64,000 nucleotides of DNA from the human T2T-CHM13v2.0 reference genome, Homo sapiens: the NCBI RefSeq assembly GCF_009914755.1, contig NC_060947.1. The stretch is one strand, 5' to 3'. Below the pieces are notes generated by a model, which saw nothing but the letters and a program-made list of their open reading frames with translations, had not been told where the DNA came from and searched no databases. The position numbers and the translations under genes were made by a program. Positions 63,648 through 64,000 of the stretch are shown here, piece after piece. Within the stretch, counting starts at the first letter, position 1. Each line of letters opens with the position of its first letter.

Positions 63648-63824
63648 TCTGTACATGCAGTTCCTTGGCCTTGGTCACCAAGGACATTAAGTCGCAGGTT
63701 GTTTGCACAGCAGCTTGGAACCGATCTAGCCCTCCCTTCTGTGAGGTAGGGGCTAGTTTAGGATGGGGAGCAGTGTGCGCCAAAAGGTGATCTAAATAAC
63801 GAGCAACTTCATCACCACAGCGAG
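63648..63824 (-). CDS. PHKA1: PHKA1 exon 19 (177 nt, 59 codons, [22 protein letters not shown]...KELHVQ); the segment skipped in the alpha' isoform
   Basis: ttgcag|CT and A|gtgagt; symmetric phase 1/1. Confidence 0.93.
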
Positions 63825-64000
63825 CTGCAAGGTTAGTGGGGGGAGGGGGAAGAGAAAAGAATGAAAATATTTTAGTTACTTTACAATCTACCCCAGCAAA
63901 GAGAATGATTGGCTCCTGTGCTCACAACACAGCACCAGAAGTAGGTTGTTTTTAGCTCATGGAGGAAAAGCTTGTGATCATGATATAACCTCATCACTTT

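Overview
Hominoid (most likely human) genomic DNA. The encoded peptides identify the X-linked HDAC8/PHKA1 locus. Both genes are on the minus strand in tandem. HDAC8 contributes its promoter, coding exons 1-4 (15676 down to 10804) and the start of intron 4. PHKA1 contributes its last 14 canonical coding exons (63824 down to 23924), its 3'UTR and one extra 51-nt cassette exon. All exon boundaries were read directly as GT-AG with consistent phases. The rest is mostly transposon-derived: L1PB, a full-length L1PA, L1M fragments, an SVA, more than 15 Alus, LTRs and an Hsmar1 fragment. I see no wholly new biological system. The best second-look items are: an SVA with a 3' transduction; a hidden TSD-flanked retrocopy split by two L1s; an in-frame upstream ATG that would give HDAC8 an N-terminal extension with an NLS-like motif; an open L1 ORF0 pointing into PHKA1; an Hsmar1 fragment bridging an L1 deletion; and a 37-bp duplication in the PHKA1 3'UTR. 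Repeat subfamily names and exon numbers come from recalled consensus sequences and annotation, not from a database search.
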